Below are positions 22,667-28,961 of a stretch of 28,961 nucleotides of DNA, in pieces. This DNA comes from Octopus sinensis. Lineage: Eukaryota. The position numbers were made by a program, and so were the translations under genes. The stretch is taken from contig NW_021824153.1 of NCBI RefSeq assembly GCF_006345805.1, forward strand, positions 1 to 28,961, given 5' to 3'. Numbering within the stretch: the stretch's first letter is position 1; the number at the start of each line of letters is the position of its first letter. The notes under the pieces are model-generated. The model was not told the origin of the DNA. It saw only the letters and a program-made list of their open reading frames with translations, and did not search any database.

Positions 22667-22935
22667 TGGTGATTGTCTACTCCTTATGCAGAGTTTGACC
22701 ACCCCCTGTACCTACACCTTAGAACCATTATGGCATCTGATGTAGCGTTTTATACCAGACAATATTTTGAAAAGACATTCACATAGATTGCATATCTGAT
22801 TTGGACAACCTAGAGTTGCCGTTAAGTTCTGAGCTTTGTGGATCTCAAAATGTCTTTTGAGGCCTCCGTTAGATTTGCAAACCTTCTGGTATACGTTGTA
22901 TTGAAAGGTGTGCACAGACATACAGGCAGAATTGT
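22661..22935 (-). pseudogene. LINE (probably RTE) ORF2 C-terminus with two decayed C2H2-like fingers plus short 3' UTR
   Basis: ORF 22712-22921: KVCKSNGGLKRHFEIH and CNLCECLFKILSGIKRYIRCH, then a stop, a short UTR and an (ACC/ATC)-like tail. Confidence 0.6.
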
Positions 22936-23117
22936 TGGTGGAGGTTCGTTTTCCAACGTAGCTGGGTGGGGTGGGGGTCCGTCACAGGCGGCACACACTC
23001 TAGCTACGCTAGTGTATATGCATATACATACATACATACATACATACATACATACATACATACATACATACATGCATACATACATACATACATACATACA
23101 TACATACATACATGCAT

Positions 23118-23376
23118 AAAATAATAAATGCGCCCTTTTTAAAGCCTAGCCAGGCTCATGAGACGGTTTCCCGGTTTCTATGGCGTATGTGTTTCCCAGC
23201 TGTACGGAACGCCAGTCCATCGCAGTGTTACTCATTTTTGCCAGCTGAGTGGACTGGAGCAACGTGAAATGAAGTGTTTTGCTCAAGAACACAACGCGTC
23301 GCCCGGTCCAGGAATCGAAACCACAATCTTACGATCATGATGCTGTCACTCTAACTACTAAGCCACGCGCCTCCAC
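23118..23376 (-). mobile_element. SINE family D, full length (tRNA head, CORE-like domain, V-like segment)
   Basis: A/B boxes; cttgagcaaaacacttcatttcacgttgctccagtccactcagctg resembles the CORE domain; ctgcgatggactggcgt resembles the V domain; (TTA)n tail. Confidence 0.85.
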
Positions 23377-23655
23377 ACACACACACACACATATTTATAC
23401 ATACATACACACACACACACACGCGCGCGCACACACACATATATATCCACCTTTTCAAAGTTAATTTTGTTATTAAATACTACGTGTTTTTTTATTGTTG
23501 CTATTTATCCCAGGTAAGCTCTTACTGGAAATATATGTGATCAAAAGTATTCCAGTTGTGGCCATCCTGTATTAAAGTTTTCAAAACAGTGGATCTATAG
23601 CTGTCAATATGTTCTTTCTCTTTCCCTATTCCTATACACACGCGTGCACACACAC

Positions 23656-23730
<75 letters not shown>

Positions 23731-24160
23731 CCTTAAATGATAAAACTCTGGAAAGTTTTACAGATTTTTACAGTTCCAGTGATGAATTGGTTCTGTATGT
23801 ATGTACGTATACACTCACTCACACACACACACACACACTTACATAAGCCATAAACGTCAGGAGGTATGAACGATGAATATTTGACCACTTGACATCGTTA
23901 GGGTTACGGCTGTTTCTCAGCCTTCTTCATGTGCGGAAGAAAATTATGCTTATATGCTTGCATTAATAAGCATTAATGTTCATGCTATATATTATATAAT
24001 GCACTTGTTTATTTAGAAATCAATGCAAATCAATGCAAATAAAGAGAGAAAGCTTATCAGATAATCAGAACATAATGATTACACCAACGATCCAACTCTA
24101 AGCAAACATCCAAAAATTTTCTCTTTATATATACAATGTATAGAGGCCCGAAATTTGATT

Positions 24161-24519
24161 TCTTTTACTTTTACTTGTTTCAGTCATTTGACTGCGGCCA
24201 TGCTGGAGCACCGCCTTTAGTGGATCAAATCGATCCCGGGACTTATTCTTTGTAAGCCCAGTACTTATTCTATCGGTCTCTTTTTGCCGAACCGCTAAGT
24301 TACGGGGACGTAAACACACCTGCATCGGTTGTCAAGCAATGCTAGGGGGACAAACACAGACACACAAACACACACACATACATATATATATATTTGACAG
24401 GCTTCTTTCAGTTTCCGTCTACCAAATCCACTCACAAGGCATTGGTCGGCCCGGGGCTATAGCAGAAGACACTTGCCTAAGATGCCACGCAGTGGGACTG
24501 AGCCTGGAACCATGTGGTT
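24161..24519 (-). mobile_element. SINE family A, 5'-truncated
   Basis: Reverse complement of about 5052-5460. Confidence 0.9.
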
Positions 24520-25477
24520 AGAAAAATTAAAATAGTTTGTTTCGTATCAATTAAAGGGTTAGATAGAAGTTCAGGGAATTGGCCATCCTTAATGCTGACA
24601 AGAAACAGGAAGGGATAAATACAGGAAGTAAAGTAAATATGAAAAATAGATAGCTTAAAGAAGTGTATAAAATTATTTATAAAGAAAAATATATATTTAC
24701 ATGCACACGCAAACACAAACAGACAGACACACATATATAATATAGTACAAATGAATTAAATGGGAAGCAGACTTATATATGTATATGTATATATGTGTGT
24801 GTAAGTGTGTGCATGTGTGTGTGTGCATGTATGCATGTATGTATATATACCTTTTAATACATGCGGTAGTATATTATAGTTGTATAGCGAAATACGGTGC
24901 CCTTAACAGTAATACATAATACAATAAATAATACATAAGTACCAGTTGCTAGGATGTATTTAATATGTAAATTGGTCAATCAAGTTGTGTTGCACCGCTA
25001 AATTTAGCAATGTGTTCGTGGATGATTAATGGGTTAGATGTGGTACTGATAAGACAGCAATAACTCATGAAATATGCATAGACACTCATTACCAATTTTC
25101 TATCTTTAGTGGTGTATTGAGATACACTTAAAAAATGAAAATATGAACTGCTAACACAAGGTAGGACACAGTACTGACTTGTAAACCTTTGATTTACTAC
25201 GTAGTATATATATCGTAGTTGCAAAACAAAATACAGTATCCCTACCAGCAATTTATATATATATATATATATATTGTCGTATCTAGGGACGGTCATGTTG
25301 CCAATAAAAACACACGCACTATATATTTGGTGTTAATTTGCTTCAGCTTTATTTTATTTTTTTACATTAATTGTATTTCGGCCAGAGTCTTTCATCACAC
25401 TTCTGTGACATCATCAGCTGTCCTTTGCTTTCTTCTTTCTTATTTGTGTGTCTTTCCTTACTAACGATCAGCCATTT

Positions 25478-25524
<47 letters not shown>

Positions 25525-25558
25525 GTGTCTGTATGTATGTATGCATGTATGTATATTG

Positions 25559-26007
25559 AAACCCCTTTCGGTCATGACTGACCGTGGGATTGCACCTAGA
25601 AAGTTACCCTCCGAGGCACAAGTCCGGGCAAGGTTGTTTATGGAAGACCAGCAGTCGCCCATGCATACCGGCCTCCCCTCTCTACGCCACTGATGTTATC
25701 CAAAGGAAAGGCAACAGCAGATACAGCTTGGCACCTGTGACGTTGCAACTCATTTCTACAGCTGAGTGAACTGGAGCAACGGGAAATAAAGTGTCTTGCT
25801 CAAGAACACAATACGCAGCCCGGTACGTGTACAAGGGAAGTATGCGAATGTTTCTATGTGTGATGATAGGTACCTTATTTATATACGAAATACTACAATT
25901 AGGCGTCGCTAGTGACGGTACGTGGTTAGCTAGTTGGCATATATAACGAACTCACAACCTCACGATTGTAAGCTCGACACTCTAACCACTGAGCTATGCG
26001 CCTTCAC
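25559..26007 (-). mobile_element. SINE family E (tRNA head, CORE-like domain, long tail), interrupted at the B box
   Basis: Head 25947-26007, body 25559-25824; 122 bp of unrelated DNA at 25825-25946. Confidence 0.85.
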
Positions 26008-26791
26008 ATGTATGTATATAGTTAGATTATATTTTGTTAAGAAACTAGGAGAGTGCAGTATAATGTTCGCTCACCTTCAAAGTTCACTCCCTGTAATCCT
26101 TCATGTTGACCCCAGCTTATTCAATTACATATATATATATATATGTGATTTCCTTCATATGTTGAAACAATAAAATACATTCATTAGTCTACACAAGCCT
26201 GCACTCAGACAAAAATACACGCACAACAAATGTATGTTGGCTGCTATTCATAGCTGTTATTAAACAAAACCAAGGAGACACATACAAAAATAAATCAACA
26301 AACGGACAAACACATACTGTTTCATACAACCGCACTATATACCTTTTCGTGAAACTGAAAGAGACCATTGTATCATTTGCAATCCATTAACCTAATGTCT
26401 AACATATTTCATTAGGTGAGAGTGAGGGTAGAGGAGTTCTTCTTAGACTCTAAATCACCTCTCCTACTTAGCCATTACTTTAGTAATGTCTAGTTTATTG
26501 CTGTTTTGTTGTATAACAAAGGAATATCTGTTTAACTACCTCAATATGTTCTACACTAAAATTACTCTTTCACATTTTATGACGTCGTCGTCGCCGCTGT
26601 TGTCGTCATCGTTGTTGTTACTTTGTTACTGCTGTTTCCTCTAAGGTCAGATCTCTTTAAGCAATTTTTTTTTTACTGTATTTATATCATAATAGGTCAA
26701 TGGCTGGTTCATTGTATTTCTAACATCATCAGTGATGGCTTGACTTTTTTTCTCAAGACCTAGTACTCTATTTGCCTGGCCTATATAAATG

Positions 26792-26998
26792 AGCACGCCG
26801 GGCGAAATGCGTAGCCGTATTTCGTCTGTCTTACGCTCTGAGTTCAAATTCCGCCGAGGTCGATTTTGCCTTTCATCCTTTCGAGGTCGATAAATTAAGT
26901 ACCAGTTACGCACTGGGGTCGATGTAATCGACTTAATCCCTTTGTCTATCCTTGTTTGTCCTCTCTATGTTTAACCCCTCGTTGGTAGTAAAGAAATA
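26792..26998 (+). mobile_element. SINE family B, 5'-truncated copy 1
   Basis: B-box-like gagttcaaattcc, then gcctttcatcctttcgaggtcgataaattaagtacc (Meta-domain-like as I recall it), tail gtaaagaaata. Confidence 0.85.
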
Positions 26999-27195
26999 GG
27001 TATTTCGTCTATCGTTACGTTCTGAGTTCAAATTCCGCCAAGGTCGACTTTACCTTTCATCCTTTCGGGGTCGATAAATAAAGTACCAGTTACGCACTGA
27101 GGTCGATGTAATCGACTTAATCTGTTTGTCTGTCCTTGTTTGTCCCCTCATTTATATATATTTCTTTACTGCCCCTTGTGGGCAGTAAAGAAATA
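26999..27195 (+). mobile_element. SINE family B, tandem copy 2 with rearranged tail
   Basis: Direct repeat of about 26816-26998; 27-bp perfect inverted repeat at its 3' end. Confidence 0.85.
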
Positions 27196-27249
27196 TATAT
27201 AAATGACCGCGATCACAACACTCCTCATGATTGGTACCCGAATTTGTTT

Positions 27250-27780
27250 CCAGGTTCAAGGCCGGTAGATTTTGGGGAGAGGAGGCAAATGAAGTAAATT
27301 GATTACATCGAGCTCTGTATTTGTCTGGTATTTTATCTTATTGAAGTGGAGGCGCAATGGCCCAGTGTTTAGGGTAGCGGACTCGCGGTCGGAGGATCAC
27401 GGTTTCTATTCCCAGACCGGGCGTTGTGTGTCTTTGGTGAGCGAAAACACCTAAAAGCTCCACGAGGCTCCGGCAGGGGGTGGTGGCGACTCCTGTCGTA
27501 CTCTTTCGCCACAACTTTCTCTCACTCTCTCTTCCTGTTTCTTGAGTAACGCCGCGAGACTGGCGTCTCGTCCAGCTGGGGGTGGGGGATGGAACACATA
27601 CGTCACAGAAACTGGGAAACCGTGCCCATAGGCTTGAAAAGGGCGACGTTATCTTATTAATCTCCAAACGAAGAAAGATAAAATCGACGTTGGCGACATT
27701 TGAACTCGGAACATAAAGAGCTAGAAAAATACCTCTAAGAATTTTGTTCGATGTGCTAACGATTCTGCCAGCCTGCTGTC
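27250..27780 (-). mobile_element. Old SINE family B-like element split by a family C insertion
   Basis: Head 27669-27780 and body 27250-27332 join into ...gataaaataccag...gtcgatgtaatc-like sequence once the insert is removed. Confidence 0.7.
27345..27648 (+). mobile_element. SINE family C head with family-D-type tail
   Basis: TSD ttatcttatt (27333-27342, 27649-27658); first ~190 bp match 10281-10470, tail matches family D. Confidence 0.88.
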
Positions 27781-28464
27781 TTAAGATTATCTTTATCGAA
27801 AGATACTGCTAGATCAAAAACTATCTTCTAGTATGCCCGTCTTCTCGAATGTTAAGCCACTCACGCTTTATGGTGAAAAAGAAAAAAGAAAAGAAAAGCA
27901 CATTCCATGAGCTTCTTTCAAGTTGCAATTGCTTTTCATCTATGGGAAATTTGTCGCTTCATAAAATGTTTAATTAATACATCTTGGCACATGTCATGCT
28001 GATGATTTCCAGAAAGAATGAAATAGTGTTATATATTTGTCAAAATATTTTCGCTGCTTTGAGATCGTGATTTGTTCCGTGCTGCACGGAATTTTGTCAG
28101 TGAACAGGTGGCGATCTCAGAGCAACGAAAATATTTTGACGAATTAAATTTAAATGTTGAAGAGAATCTAACGGGTTTTGTGTGTTTTTAAATGGTTTAT
28201 AAACACCTTCCACGCTGCAATTGCTTTTGTTTCAGCACACGATCTCAGATCAGGTCACTTGCTATGCAAGTACATCTCCGTAATATAGAATAACAGTTTT
28301 CTTGATTCCGTAATATTCTTAATACCAGAGTTAAGTTTGCTATGGAAGATATTAATATGCTTACGAAAGTATATACTAGCAATAACAGTTACAAGATTGG
28401 ATTCAATTGGTTCTAAGTCTTTTCTCCATCGTAGGAGTTACGAATCTTTACACTGTAGGAGTCA

Positions 28465-28680
28465 ATAGGGGCTTTCTCCGTCCGGGTTGCGGATCCGTGG
28501 AATAAGCAGCCGGACGAGATAGTGAAGATGCCGACGACCGCTCGGTTCAAAGACTCTCTTGACCAGAAATGGCCTGAACTCTTTGCATGAACACCCTCCC
28601 TGTACATAACTCCATGTCCCCCTATATGGCCTTGCTTTTGCTTTTTGAGCCAACAAATTAACTTAACTAACTTAACTTAT
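28465..28680 (+). pseudogene. CR1-clade LINE 3' end (ORF2 C-terminus, 3' UTR, tandem tail)
   Basis: 28465-28590 reads IGAFSVRVADPWNKQPDEIVKMPTTARFKDSLDQKWPELFA*, matching the CR1 FS.RV...WN.LP..V......FK..LD pattern; (TTAAC)n-like tail. Confidence 0.85.
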
Positions 28681-28961
28681 TTCGGTGATCTTAGAGCCAT
28701 AGAAAAACGTTATTCAGCGCTTGCATCTAATTACATTTATTTTCTTTAGCATTTTTAAAGTTAGTATTTATTTGATGGTGTAGGGATATTGATCGTAGAG
28801 CAAGTTAAGCTGTGTAGATCCATTCCAGACGCAACAGTTTGTGAGCCACGAAAACCACTCCGTTATATGATTTACTATGATATCAGATTATACTATGTGG
28901 TCTATTATTTGAGCATGTAATACATCACTATGACACAGAGATCGTTATGGTATATGTTGTT

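Overview
AT-rich eukaryotic (animal) non-coding DNA made almost entirely of microsatellites and transposon debris. The SINE architectures look like those I recall from octopus genomes (inference, not a database hit). I found no host protein-coding exon, rRNA, true tRNA or CRISPR array. The long ORFs in the track are simple-repeat translations. Supported content: (1) at least five tRNA-headed SINE types (my labels A-E), several with target-site duplications (TSDs) and nested insertions; (2) short Penelope-like (PLE) repeats embedded in (TA)n that carry minimal hammerhead-ribozyme (HHR) folds, some with non-canonical cores, plus a decayed GIY-YIG-like fragment; (3) decayed RTE and CR1 LINE ORF2 fragments; (4) non-autonomous DNA elements (Tc1/mariner-type, hAT-type and Helentron/HINE-type, plus a 552-bp foldback); (5) several near-perfect palindromes, two of which look like local template-switch products. 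Best leads: the HHR variants, a double-headed SINE inside one TSD, and a LINE-like 3' end sharing its stem-loop with a SINE tail. These are variants of known element classes. I cannot show from sequence alone that any is a new biological system.
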